64,000 bases of DNA, from assembly GCA_903908715.1 (NCBI GenBank), contig CAIVSY010000053.1:1943-65942 (forward strand). Reading direction: 5' to 3'. The translations under genes were made by a program, and so were the position numbers. The notes below the pieces were generated by a model that made no database searches, was not told where the DNA came from, and was given only the letters and a program-made list of their open reading frames with translations. Within the stretch, counting starts at the first letter, position 1. Each line of letters begins with the position of its first letter. This document shows, one piece after another, positions 48,695-58,055 of the stretch. Source of the stretch: an uncultured bacterium. GTDB taxonomy: Bacteria > Verrucomicrobiota > Kiritimatiellia > CAIKKV01 > CAITUY01.

Positions 48695-50011
48695 TCATCC
48701 TTGGGATAATTCGATGTTCCACTCGGCGTCAACATTCACCAAGCCCCGTGCGATCACACCTCCTAAAGGTCTTACGGCAAAGGACCATTCAGGAGCGGCG
48801 CGCGTAAAGGTCTCCATGGTGTCGTCGTCGCGTATCGCAAACATCGGAAAATACCGTCCAGGCATTAAATGATGACATCTAATCATCATTGTTACGCAGT
48901 AGCGACCTACGGCCAATGGTTCGAATACCTTCCCGCCGGGGTCATTGCTAACCTTCCAGATCACCTGTGACCCCCGCTCGTCCATGATGGCTACAGAAAA
49001 GTAAGGTCGGGTTGAGGGCCGGTTTACATTCAGTTCGCATTGCAGAACCAGGGGCTCTGCCATCCCAACCTCGCGACCACTGGCCATAAGCCTAAAATCC
49101 CGCACCTGAATGGCTTCCGAGGCAGCCACGGCAACCCCGCTGCCACGCTGCCGTTCCCCTCCCCCAGACCGCCTCTTCACACATAGATCCTGATAACAAC
49201 TGACGGCCTCAGCAGGCGGTCCCTGATAAATCATTTTGCCCTTATCCAGAACGATCACTCGCCCGCACAGGTTCCGCACCTGTTCAAGATTGTGGGAGAT
49301 GTAGATGATCGCCTTAGCCTTCTTCTTATACTCCGACAGGTATCGCAAGCTCTTGTTCACAAACGAGTAATCCCCCACCGCAAGCACCTCGTCCACCAGC
49401 AGGATGTCCGGCTCGCCATGGATCGCCACGGCAAACCCAAGACGCACGTGCATGCCGGAGGAGTAGGTAGCCAGAGGAGCCTCCAGGAAGTCACCGATTT
49501 CCGAGAACTTCGCTATCGAGTCGAACTTGCTATCGATCTCCGCCTTGGACATTCCCAGTATCGCCCCATTGAGATAGATATTCTCCCGCCCTGTCAAATG
49601 GGGGTGCATTCCGGCCCCCAGGGCGATCAACCCCCCCACCCGGCCCCGCGTCAGGATCTCACCGGTATCGGGCGGGAAGACCGAGTTCAACACCCGCAAC
49701 AAGGTGCTCTTACCCGACCCGTTCATGCCAATGATGCCCAGCGACTCGCCCTGGTGAAGATCGAAGGAGATATTCTTCAACGCCCAGAATTCGTCGGCGC
49801 GCAACGCTGGTGAAGCGTGATGCGTGACGGGTGATGAGCGAGAAGGCCAGCATCTGCTTGGCAAAAGGAAGTCGCGGGCCAGCTCCCCTATCCCATACCA
49901 CATGGACCGCTTGAGGTTGCGGCAGAACTTTTTCGAGACGTGCCTTACCGATAAGACTACGTCTTCCGGCAGGGAGAGGGCGGAGGGCGGAGGCTGGAGA
50001 CTTGAGGGCAT
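48695..50011 (-). CDS. wzt: Polysaccharide ABC exporter ATP-binding subunit with C-terminal carbohydrate-binding domain
   Basis: FWALKNISF, GMNGSGKST (Walker A), YSSGM, LLVDEVLAVGD, plus a C-terminal extension. Confidence 0.93.
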   Translation of the reverse strand: MPSSLQPPPSALSLPEDVVLSVRHVSKKFCRNLKRSMWYGIGELARDFLLPSRCWPSRSSPVTHHASPALRADEFWALKNISFDLHQGESLGIIGMNGSGKSTLLRVLNSVFPPDTGEILTRGRVGGLIALGAGMHPHLTGRENIYLNGAILGMSKAEIDSKFDSIAKFSEIGDFLEAPLATYSSGMHVRLGFAVAIHGEPDILLVDEVLAVGDYSFVNKSLRYLSEYKKKAKAIIYISHNLEQVRNLCGRVIVLDKGKMIYQGPPAEAVSCYQDLCVKRRSGGGERQRGSGVAVAASEAIQVRDFRLMASGREVGMAEPLVLQCELNVNRPSTRPYFSVAIMDERGSQVIWKVSNDPGGKVFEPLAVGRYCVTMMIRCHHLMPGRYFPMFAIRDDDTMETFTRAAPEWSFAVRPLGGVIARGLVNVDAEWNIELSQG

Positions 50012-50052
50012 ATGCGGGGAGGAGTTTGAGTCGGATCGTGAAATAATAAGAG

Positions 50053-50409
50053 TTACGTTTTTCTCTGTTTGACGTTTTTTGACATTGCGACGAATATTGA
50101 AATCAATTCGTTTACCTCTTTTTCGAGCCAGTCTGAATTTTCATTTTAAAAACCACATTCCTCTCGCAGCAGCTCAAGCCAATACAATGTTTCGTCAGCC
50201 TCCTGGGCGCACAGGTCAATCTTTGACAAAAACTCCGCATCTGAACGAGCTCTTGACGCCTCACGGTAATTGGCCCCAACCGAAGTCCCAGAACGAAGCA
50301 TCTGATGCCCAACAACTTGAACTTCCCGTCGGTTCATCGGCAGTGCGACATACAGCCGAATGATCCGCCCGGCAAATTCCTTCGTCCTTTTTCTCAGATC
50401 CTGCGCCAT
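50053..50409 (-). pseudogene. Four helix bundle protein copy 2 with an internal in-frame TAA (50146-50148)
   Basis: QMLRSGTSVGANYREA..EADETLYWLELL; past the stop the frame continues NENSDWLEKEVNELISIFVAMSKNVKQRKT*, the expected fourth helix. Confidence 0.75.
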
Positions 50410-50450
50410 TCTCCCCTTTCAGACTCAAGTCTCATCCCTCAGCCCTCTCT

Positions 50451-51350
50451 TCACACCATCCTCTCAATCAACTTGTTCTCGCTCACGTAGAACAGCCGCC
50501 AGGCCATCATGAAAAACAGAAAGGCGCCGAGGGCACTGATGGCGTAGCCCAGCGGGTCGTACAACCGACCAAACAGGATGAGGTCGCGGCAAGAACAGAC
50601 CAGATAGGTCAGGGGGTTCCAGCGGATAACAGCGTGCGCAAACGGACTGTCCACCTCGCTGGTGTACACTATGGGACTGGCAAACATCAGCAGCGGGAAC
50701 AGGAGGTTGACCGCCTTGGACAGGTCCATAGCCACGACCCCGATCAGGGAGAGCAGCAGCCCGATGCCGGCAGCCAGGAAGAACAGCGGAAGCGCCACGA
50801 GGGGGAACAATAGCGCCCAGGGACTGGGCACCACCCGGAAACACAGGGCCACCGCCACGCAGAAGACCAGGCTGAACAGGGACGTCGCCAGGTTCTGGGC
50901 CACCTGCTTGAACAGCAGGATCTCATGGGGAAAGTTCACCTGCAGGACCAAGTCGCTGCCCGACTGCAGCGTCGTCCCCGCCGCCGTCAGGATCCCCATG
51001 AACAGCGTCCAGACCGTCGTCCCCAGCAGCACATAGACCGGATAGGGCACAGAGGATTCCCCGGGGTTGAACATGCCCGTCCCGCGCAGAAACAGCCACA
51101 TTACTACAGCACTTAAAGGTGTCAGTATAGCCCAGGCCAAGCCGAGAAACGATTTCTTATAGGCTCCAAGAAAGTCACGCTTGAACAACTGCCATATCAG
51201 CTCACGTGAACCATACACATTCTGCGCCATGACTGCCCAGGTTCGGAACATCCCTTGCTCGTGACGCATATTGGGGCGCGAAACATTAACGGTGCGCGCT
51301 GGGTTCATGCAAACAGCGGAGGCAGAGTGGTTACGACTCATTGTTGTCAT
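50451..51350 (-). CDS. wzm: Polysaccharide ABC exporter permease
   Basis: RDF..YK.S.LG.AWAIL.P, about 6 TM segments, SPIVY, WNPL; adjacent to wzt. Confidence 0.93.
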   Translation of the reverse strand: MTTMSRNHSASAVCMNPARTVNVSRPNMRHEQGMFRTWAVMAQNVYGSRELIWQLFKRDFLGAYKKSFLGLAWAILTPLSAVVMWLFLRGTGMFNPGESSVPYPVYVLLGTTVWTLFMGILTAAGTTLQSGSDLVLQVNFPHEILLFKQVAQNLATSLFSLVFCVAVALCFRVVPSPWALLFPLVALPLFFLAAGIGLLLSLIGVVAMDLSKAVNLLFPLLMFASPIVYTSEVDSPFAHAVIRWNPLTYLVCSCRDLILFGRLYDPLGYAISALGAFLFFMMAWRLFYVSENKLIERMV

Positions 51351-51394
51351 CCGTGCGGGTTATGCAGCGATTGGAGCAGCCATAAATATATATT

Positions 51395-52246
51395 CTAAGA
51401 CCTGTTTTGATCGGAGATATATCTGGCATTCCCATGCAAATCCTCTTCAATTTGTCCACCTTTCAGGAAAGGGACTATCGACTTCCTCACACATTTTCCC
51501 CTGCGATATTTTGCCATTTTCCATTTTGAACTCTCATAGCGTGACACCCAAGGACACCAGCGCCGTATTATCTTTCCAATCGCTGTCATTCGATTAAGCT
51601 CACTGATATTGCGCCGTGCATACTGGGACGTCGACCCCTCCAACGAACTGCGTGCCAAGAAGCAGAGATGCAGGCAGCGCAAATCTGCCTTTTCCCAAGA
51701 AATGGTCTCATATAGAGATGTCGGAAGCCGGACAGGAAAGTCCGGCTTATATTTAAGAATCCCGCCATGGAGGCGTTGTGTACAATTAGTCCATGATGAT
51801 ATTGCAGAAAAATTGTAAAGTTTGGTCATGGAGCGACATGGGGGGGCCAGGTAGCCTTCGGCCGCCACGAATGTCGCATCCAGCTTTACACAATTTAACA
51901 CATTGCCATGAACACCCCAAGACGCACGAAATTCCCCAGCCAAAAGCCGCTGCTTAAGGCGCAGCAAACCCTCTGGATCATAAATCTCGTCCCCATCGAT
52001 ACCCAAGACCCAACTCTCAGAACCAGCAAAAGGCTCCACATAGGCATGGGATTCGGAGGGATCGTCTATTGAGTGTATCTCGATCTTTGGATAAATGGAC
52101 TTCAGACGCAACAAACACTCCATCGTATCGTCCGTCGAGTTGTTATCCAGGACGAGCAGCCTGTCGCAGAAGTCGATCGTGTTCCGCAGCGCCCAAGACA
52201 CGAATCGGTCTTCATTCCTAACCAACGATATGCCAACAACCTGCAT
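51395..52246 (-). CDS. GT2-like glycosyltransferase
   Basis: VRNED, VLDNNSTDDT, WVLGIDGDE. Confidence 0.82.
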   Translation of the reverse strand: MQVVGISLVRNEDRFVSWALRNTIDFCDRLLVLDNNSTDDTMECLLRLKSIYPKIEIHSIDDPSESHAYVEPFAGSESWVLGIDGDEIYDPEGLLRLKQRLLAGEFRASWGVHGNVLNCVKLDATFVAAEGYLAPPCRSMTKLYNFSAISSWTNCTQRLHGGILKYKPDFPVRLPTSLYETISWEKADLRCLHLCFLARSSLEGSTSQYARRNISELNRMTAIGKIIRRWCPWVSRYESSKWKMAKYRRGKCVRKSIVPFLKGGQIEEDLHGNARYISDQNRS

Positions 52247-52851
52247 CACAGGAGCATCCTCGCATTGAGCATCCTGCGATAAAGACGAAGCATGACGGAT
52301 ACTTGTGGCTTTGGCCACCAGCGGCACCACCCGATGCGCCCCTCCCACTTCAACACACAGTGGCCAAGAAACCGTACAGCCATCTCCCGTTCATGCCTCC
52401 TGTCGTTATCATGCCAGACAATCAAGCCGCCCGGACGAGTGTGACAGGTTGAAAAAGCAAAACTTCCGGAACGCCCATCACTTGCTTGCCTCGCCGATCG
52501 AGGGCCATCGATAAAGGTCATATCGAATGCCGAACCATCATAAACAACAGGATCTTTCAGGACATCACGATTCCCTTTCGGGTATACATCGTACAATCGA
52601 ACGTCCACGCGACTCGTATGCCGATGGCCCGCCAATGCAATCTTCACAAGCTGGACCCAGTCCGCGTTGTTGTCCCAAGAGACTATTGTGGCAGAAGTTT
52701 CCTCCATCCAGAATCTTGTAGTGTTCCCACTGCCAAATTCAGCGATGCGCTTAGGGCTGACTTGCCCCAGGAGATTCCGGTAGATCCGAATCTCCTCTTC
52801 ATTAAGAACGAATTCCTCAAGTTTCATGGATCGCAAACCGCTTTTGGCCAC
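52246..52851 (-). CDS. Class I SAM-dependent (O-)methyltransferase
   Basis: IAEFGSGNTT, FDMTFIDGP, GGLIVWHD. Confidence 0.8.
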   Translation of the reverse strand: MAKSGLRSMKLEEFVLNEEEIRIYRNLLGQVSPKRIAEFGSGNTTRFWMEETSATIVSWDNNADWVQLVKIALAGHRHTSRVDVRLYDVYPKGNRDVLKDPVVYDGSAFDMTFIDGPRSARQASDGRSGSFAFSTCHTRPGGLIVWHDNDRRHEREMAVRFLGHCVLKWEGRIGWCRWWPKPQVSVMLRLYRRMLNARMLL

Positions 52852-52971
52852 GTCTTTTCTTGCATCGCCAACGAACTATCCGGGATGGTCGATGTCTCAC
52901 TCGCGGTCACCCCCGTGCCGCAAGCCCACTTCCGCCGTGCATCTTCCGCCCTCACCGTGTAACGTGTTGCC

Positions 52972-53922
52972 ATGCATATTCTTCTCACCATCGACATCGA
53001 ATCCGCCTACGGCGACTACGAACGGGACGTCCATGCGGGCGGGCTGGGGCTGGATTATCTGCTCGCCTCGCTGCAGGCGTCGGGACTGAAGGGCACGTTC
53101 TTCGTCGAAGCCGCCAGCGCGACGGCTAGGCCCGAGGCGGATCTCGCGGACACGTGCCACCGGATCCTGGCGGCCGGCATGGACCTCCAACTCCATGTCC
53201 ACCCTGAAATGGCCGCCCTGCCCGGCATCCTCAATACCGACGGCGTCCTGTGGCGCAACACCCGCGGGGAACAGGCCCGCCTGATCGCCGCCGGGCGGGA
53301 CAGACTTGCGAAACTCACAGGGTGCAGTCCCGTCGCCTTCCGCGCCGGGAGTCTCACGGCCAACACCGACACGCTGCTCGCTATGAAGGATTGCGGCCTC
53401 ACGCTCAGCTCGAATCGGGATCTGGACACTCATAGCTCCATCGAATCGCGGCTGAATGATGTCTTTCCCGTAGTAAATGATGTTTCCACCTTCATGGGCA
53501 TTACCGATATCCCTGTCTCGGCTTTCCGCAGTCCCCTGCCACGGCTGGATGGCGCATGGCGCCATCTCGAACCTTGCGCCTTGAGCCTGGGGGAAATGAC
53601 CTCCGCACTCACCGCTATGCACCGGGCTGGTTACCACTCCGCTTGCCTCTTGACGCATCCTCATGAGTTTTACTACCGCCTTGGCAACCGCTACCATATC
53701 AACCATATCAACCGCCGCCGCTGGGAAGGCCTCCTCAAATTCCTCAAGTCAGCACCCTGGGCCAAGGTCACGACCTTCGCCTCCCTCCCATCTCTCCTCA
53801 CGTCTCATCCCTCACCCCTCACCCCTCACCCATCCCCCCCACCCATCAGACTCCCTGTTTTCTGGAGCCTGTACAGGCTTGCGGAACAGGCTCTGAAAAG
53901 GGTACACGGGGTGAGCCGTTAG
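52972..53922 (+). CDS. Polysaccharide deacetylase family protein
   Basis: LTIDIE, TFFVE, QLHVHP, FRAG, HPHEF. Confidence 0.88.
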   Translation: MHILLTIDIESAYGDYERDVHAGGLGLDYLLASLQASGLKGTFFVEAASATARPEADLADTCHRILAAGMDLQLHVHPEMAALPGILNTDGVLWRNTRGEQARLIAAGRDRLAKLTGCSPVAFRAGSLTANTDTLLAMKDCGLTLSSNRDLDTHSSIESRLNDVFPVVNDVSTFMGITDIPVSAFRSPLPRLDGAWRHLEPCALSLGEMTSALTAMHRAGYHSACLLTHPHEFYYRLGNRYHINHINRRRWEGLLKFLKSAPWAKVTTFASLPSLLTSHPSPLTPHPSPPPIRLPVFWSLYRLAEQALKRVHGVSR

Positions 53923-55121
53923 GCGGTAACGGCGTGCCCCCCCTCCAGAGTCGCCTTGGATTGAGCAAACACGGCGTCATACTCCTTCAACATGCGGTCG
54001 AGTGAAAAGGCTTCAGCCCAGCGGCGCCGCCCTTCCATCCCCATCCGCGCACGGGCAACATGATCACTGGCGAGGGAACACAAGGCCCGGGCCACAGCAG
54101 CGCAGTCACCAGGATCCACCAGAACCCCCGTGTGACCATCCTCGACTATTTCAGGAATCCCCCCAAGCCGGCTTGCCAGAACCGGCCGACCGGCCCGCAT
54201 AGCCTCCAATAACACAAATCCAAAGGCTTCAGGTTCGGCCGACAACAAGACGGCCACATCACCCGCGGCCAGACAGGCCGCACCATCTGGTCGGTTTCCC
54301 AGAAAGAGAACGCTTTCTGAAATACCAAGTGTCCGGGCCAGCTCCCGGGCTGCGTCCAGCCGCTCACCATCACCAACCAGCACAGCCCGCGCGTTCCGCA
54401 TGCCCGCATCCACTGCCATTTTCCAGGCATTCAGGAACCCCTCCTGCCCCTTCCAGGAATAGAAACGGGCCACATATACAAAATCCACAAAACCGGTCTT
54501 CCTCGCAGGATAATCAGATTGCAAGGGCATCTCTGAATCAGGCAATCCATGATGGATCACACCGCCTTTGACCGTTGCGCGTCCAAGTTTACAGGCCCAT
54601 AGCGCCCTGACTGCACTCGAGTTGTAGATAACGCCTGAAACACAATGATAGCAAAGGCGTTCGATCAGGGAACGGACCACATGTCTGGCCGCCATATCCT
54701 GCCCGGGATGTGTATGTGCAATGGCCAATATCTTCCGCCGCGGGAAAACCCATCGCAATGCCAAGGGCAGCGTTTCACAACCAAACTGGTTGGTCAGCAG
54801 TACCGCGCCCGTGACGGAAGACCGGATTCGTCTGAGAAAGCGGACATCTTCCCTGAAACGGGTCCCATACCCCAGCAGGAGAAGCATGGATCTCATGGCG
54901 GAATGCCTCGTCAACCAGGAGGTATTACCCGGCCTCACCGCTTCCGGAACCACACCCCCGGTGTTCGATCCGGGGTCAAATGGCAATTCAATGAATTGAA
55001 TGCCCCTTCCGCGCCATTCCGCCTCAACCAACTGCACAAAGGTCGATGTCCCTGCAGGATCCTTCCTCCAATTCCCATGAATAAAGTAGGTGACCGATAA
55101 ACGGGACATCACAAAATCCAC
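53919..55121 (-). CDS. GT4 glycosyltransferase
   Basis: VARFYSWKG, EPEAFGFVLLEAMRAG; paralog of 25872. Confidence 0.9.
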   Translation of the reverse strand: MDFVMSRLSVTYFIHGNWRKDPAGTSTFVQLVEAEWRGRGIQFIELPFDPGSNTGGVVPEAVRPGNTSWLTRHSAMRSMLLLLGYGTRFREDVRFLRRIRSSVTGAVLLTNQFGCETLPLALRWVFPRRKILAIAHTHPGQDMAARHVVRSLIERLCYHCVSGVIYNSSAVRALWACKLGRATVKGGVIHHGLPDSEMPLQSDYPARKTGFVDFVYVARFYSWKGQEGFLNAWKMAVDAGMRNARAVLVGDGERLDAARELARTLGISESVLFLGNRPDGAACLAAGDVAVLLSAEPEAFGFVLLEAMRAGRPVLASRLGGIPEIVEDGHTGVLVDPGDCAAVARALCSLASDHVARARMGMEGRRRWAEAFSLDRMLKEYDAVFAQSKATLEGGHAVTA

Positions 55122-55158
55122 TCCAGCGAATCAGACCCGTGTACTTGAGAGGCAACCC

Positions 55159-56244
55159 CTAAATCAGACCCCGGTAGGACACTATCAGCGCCCTGTCCAT
55201 CAGCGGAACCTCCGCCTTGCGCCCCAGGAAATAGAATCCTGATGCCGCGTCGTAAGCCGCCGGCTTCCGGGATAGCCAGCCATCGAGATACTTGAGCCAG
55301 AATGCCGTGAGGCGTCCGGCCATAAAAGCCAGCCGGCGCCCGCTTCTGGAGGAGCAACAACTCATCAGGAAGTACTGCCAGGACCACGCCAGCGCCGTTC
55401 CCGGGCCGCAGGCAATACCACTATCAATCTCGGAAAAGTCGCGAAACAGGCGACGATGCCCAAGGTGCGTGTAACGTGTGAAATCATAGCAGCCGCCGTG
55501 GACCTGCTGCATAAAAGGGGTTTCGGCATACACCACGCCACCGGGCGCCAGTACCCGGTGAATCTCCGCAACGGCCCGCGCCGGATCGGGTAAGTATTCC
55601 AGCACCGCCTGCGCCACCACCCCATCGAATGTTCCATCGGCAAAAGGAATATCCTGCGCATCGCACACCAACCCGGTCCGCGAACCGAAACCAATGTCGG
55701 TTTCGACGAGTTCAATAGCAGGATCGCTCAAGAGGGCGTCAAACCCCACCCCGGCTTCCGCACCACCAAGGACAAGTACTCTGGGAGGCTCCTGCCATGC
55801 AGGTGCCGACAACGCGGCGCCCTCCAGAGAACACCGGGAATTGGAGGGCGACACGCCGTTGCCGCCGTTCCCTGCCGTTGGATCAAGGCTGTTCCTCTCA
55901 CCTCGCACCCTTTGCTTCACCAGGCTCGCGAATTCCGGCAATACCCGCGCCGCACAAACATTGCCCGTGATGCCGGGGAGAACACGATAGAGGAATCCAG
56001 AACCTTTCCGCCGACCTTCGGCAGCGGCGGTCACCCCACCCGAACGATAATCGGAAATCGAAACAAGACTGCGGGATTCGTTCAGCAGCACGGGAATCCC
56101 TTCCACCACCGGAAAACCCTTTGCACAAGCCGGCGCCATACAGGTGAACGAGGTGACGCCCGAAGTCAGCACACCCCCGCAAACGGGGCAGCGCAAGGCC
56201 TGCACAATGGCTTGACTGAACCGCAGGTTGTCTGCCCCGTTCAT
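55159..56244 (-). CDS. Trm112-like domain fused to a class I methyltransferase, with in-frame REP doublet
   Basis: LRCPVCGG...C...FPVVEGIPVL, then VLVLGG, PFADGTFD, RVLAPGG. Start moved to MNGADN. Confidence 0.85.
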   Translation of the reverse strand: MNGADNLRFSQAIVQALRCPVCGGVLTSGVTSFTCMAPACAKGFPVVEGIPVLLNESRSLVSISDYRSGGVTAAAEGRRKGSGFLYRVLPGITGNVCAARVLPEFASLVKQRVRGERNSLDPTAGNGGNGVSPSNSRCSLEGAALSAPAWQEPPRVLVLGGAEAGVGFDALLSDPAIELVETDIGFGSRTGLVCDAQDIPFADGTFDGVVAQAVLEYLPDPARAVAEIHRVLAPGGVVYAETPFMQQVHGGCYDFTRYTHLGHRRLFRDFSEIDSGIACGPGTALAWSWQYFLMSCCSSRSGRRLAFMAGRLTAFWLKYLDGWLSRKPAAYDAASGFYFLGRKAEVPLMDRALIVSYRGLI

Positions 56245-56246
56245 GA

Positions 56247-57554
56247 TCAATGGATAATCCTGTTGAAAATAATGATCGAGATATAGATGTAGACCACACT
56301 GAGAAGGGTGCCGATCGTGCAATAGACAAACAAATCCCTCCGAACATCGATCAGCGGCGGATGATCCTCCGGTAAGGCCCGTTGCACGAGCACCGGGACC
56401 ATGTTGGCCAAGCCGAACAGCATAAAAAGCGGGAACACAAAGGTTCGGCTCAAGAAGTAGGCGCTCGCCGCAAAACCCGCAAGCGAAGCCATGGTCATAC
56501 CCGCGAGGCGCTTCAGATAGATCTGTCCCGGCGTCCGGGGCCGACGCAGGGCAACCAATGAACGCCAACATCCGATGAACCCCAGTTGCAACAGGGAAAA
56601 CCAAAACCAGTATCCCACCAACCCCATTTCCCCATAACAGGACACATAGGCATTATGCACCGGCCTCGAGGTCTCCGTGGCCTCCTCAATCATGCCATAC
56701 CCCAGCCCGAATATCGGATTGTGCTTGAAGGCATAATTGGCATCACCCCAGAGCGCGACACGCTCACGGGCGGACTCATCCATCATCTTCCCGCCCATGG
56801 TTCCACAAAGCACCAATCCGCCAATCAACGCCAACACACCCGCATACGGCAACCAACGGGCCGGCAGGCGGGTGAAGATTATCGCGACGACCATGGCAAT
56901 GGCGGCAATCAACCCACCCCGCGATTCCGTAAAGGTGGAAGCTTTGTACAGGAATCCGGCCCCCCCCGCACAAAGCGCAAAAGTAAAAAAGTTCATTCGA
57001 TAGGGCAGGGCGAAAACCAGCGGGATGGTGCTGACAAGGATCTGCGCCAGATCATTCGGATCCTCGAAAATGCCGAAGAAAAGACTCCGGACCTTGATGG
57101 CACCGGTGAACTCATCCTCCTGATAGACCGGCGTTTGCCCGACGTAACCGAACCCCGTCTTCCTCTGCATAAAAGCATGAATCGCCATGATGATGGCACT
57201 GAGAACAAAGACCCAGCTCATCATCCTCGCCCGCCGTGGCGTCTGCAGAACCACACACAACAGAATCAGAAAAAAACAGGGGCGGAAGGTGGCCGGAACT
57301 GTATCCACAAGCCCCTGAAAGTAGAAATGAACAATCTGGGAAAGAATACTGGCAAACCACAAGCCAACAGCCAGAGCAATCGCAGGCGTGCGGGGGAAGT
57401 AGTACGTTTTCTGGCTGGCCTCCATGGCCAACGTCAACAGGGCCACATAGATGACCGCATCAAGCACCGGATACCCATACATCCAGGGAAACAGCCAGTC
57501 CTGCGGCCGCCAGAAGACCAGGAACATGAAGATTAATGTTAAGGGGAAAGTCAT
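56247..57554 (-). CDS. O-antigen ligase/Wzy-like polymerase
   Basis: About 12 TM segments, FEDPNDLA, TESRGG, PIFGLG, HNAY...GEMG. Confidence 0.88.
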   Translation of the reverse strand: MTFPLTLIFMFLVFWRPQDWLFPWMYGYPVLDAVIYVALLTLAMEASQKTYYFPRTPAIALAVGLWFASILSQIVHFYFQGLVDTVPATFRPCFFLILLCVVLQTPRRARMMSWVFVLSAIIMAIHAFMQRKTGFGYVGQTPVYQEDEFTGAIKVRSLFFGIFEDPNDLAQILVSTIPLVFALPYRMNFFTFALCAGGAGFLYKASTFTESRGGLIAAIAMVVAIIFTRLPARWLPYAGVLALIGGLVLCGTMGGKMMDESARERVALWGDANYAFKHNPIFGLGYGMIEEATETSRPVHNAYVSCYGEMGLVGYWFWFSLLQLGFIGCWRSLVALRRPRTPGQIYLKRLAGMTMASLAGFAASAYFLSRTFVFPLFMLFGLANMVPVLVQRALPEDHPPLIDVRRDLFVYCTIGTLLSVVYIYISIIIFNRIIH

Positions 57555-57647
57555 TGGGAGCGCCTTCGGCGCGGAGATTGGTTATTCGTTATTGGGAGAT
57601 GCATCAAGGAGAACTGGTTGTCGGAGGATTCCACCAATCTTGTACAC

Positions 57648-58055
57648 CTAATCCCCAATCTCCTTCTTCCCCTTCTCAACCCCGCCTGCACGTTGAAGAT
57701 ACGCAATATATCCGTTCAGTGTTCTTACAGCCCGCGCAACCAATTCCTCGCCCTTCTGAAACAGTGCATCAGAAACCATGCCCTCGTCATGCCCTGTCAC
57801 CAAATGATCCAACGTCTCATATGCCGAACCACGGGAATTGCAGCCGAATTTCGCGTTATCGAGGTAGTGAAAGCGGCCATACCCCTCGGCAATGTTCGCG
57901 GTTGTCGACCGTGCCGCACGAATCAGTTGATCGCCCAAGCGATACTTTTCGTCTTTAGGCAACAATGGCAGCACTTCCTTCGCAACATACACCCGCAAGT
58001 CCCGACAAGCCTTCCAACAATCCAAATCACGAAAGGTCCTAAAGCGTTCCGCCAT
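57648..58055 (-). CDS. Four helix bundle protein, copy 3
   Basis: FRDLDCWK, LPKDEKYRLGDQLIRAARSTTANIAEGYGR, RGSAYE. Confidence 0.93.
   Translation of the reverse strand: MAERFRTFRDLDCWKACRDLRVYVAKEVLPLLPKDEKYRLGDQLIRAARSTTANIAEGYGRFHYLDNAKFGCNSRGSAYETLDHLVTGHDEGMVSDALFQKGEELVARAVRTLNGYIAYLQRAGGVEKGKKEIGD

Noticed and set aside
56245-56604. Upstream part of the 481-aa ORF
   Set aside because: Out-of-frame overlap with the wzy-like gene.
57648-58055. 23S rRNA intervening sequence
   Set aside because: Flanks are protein-coding genes; no rRNA sequence is present.
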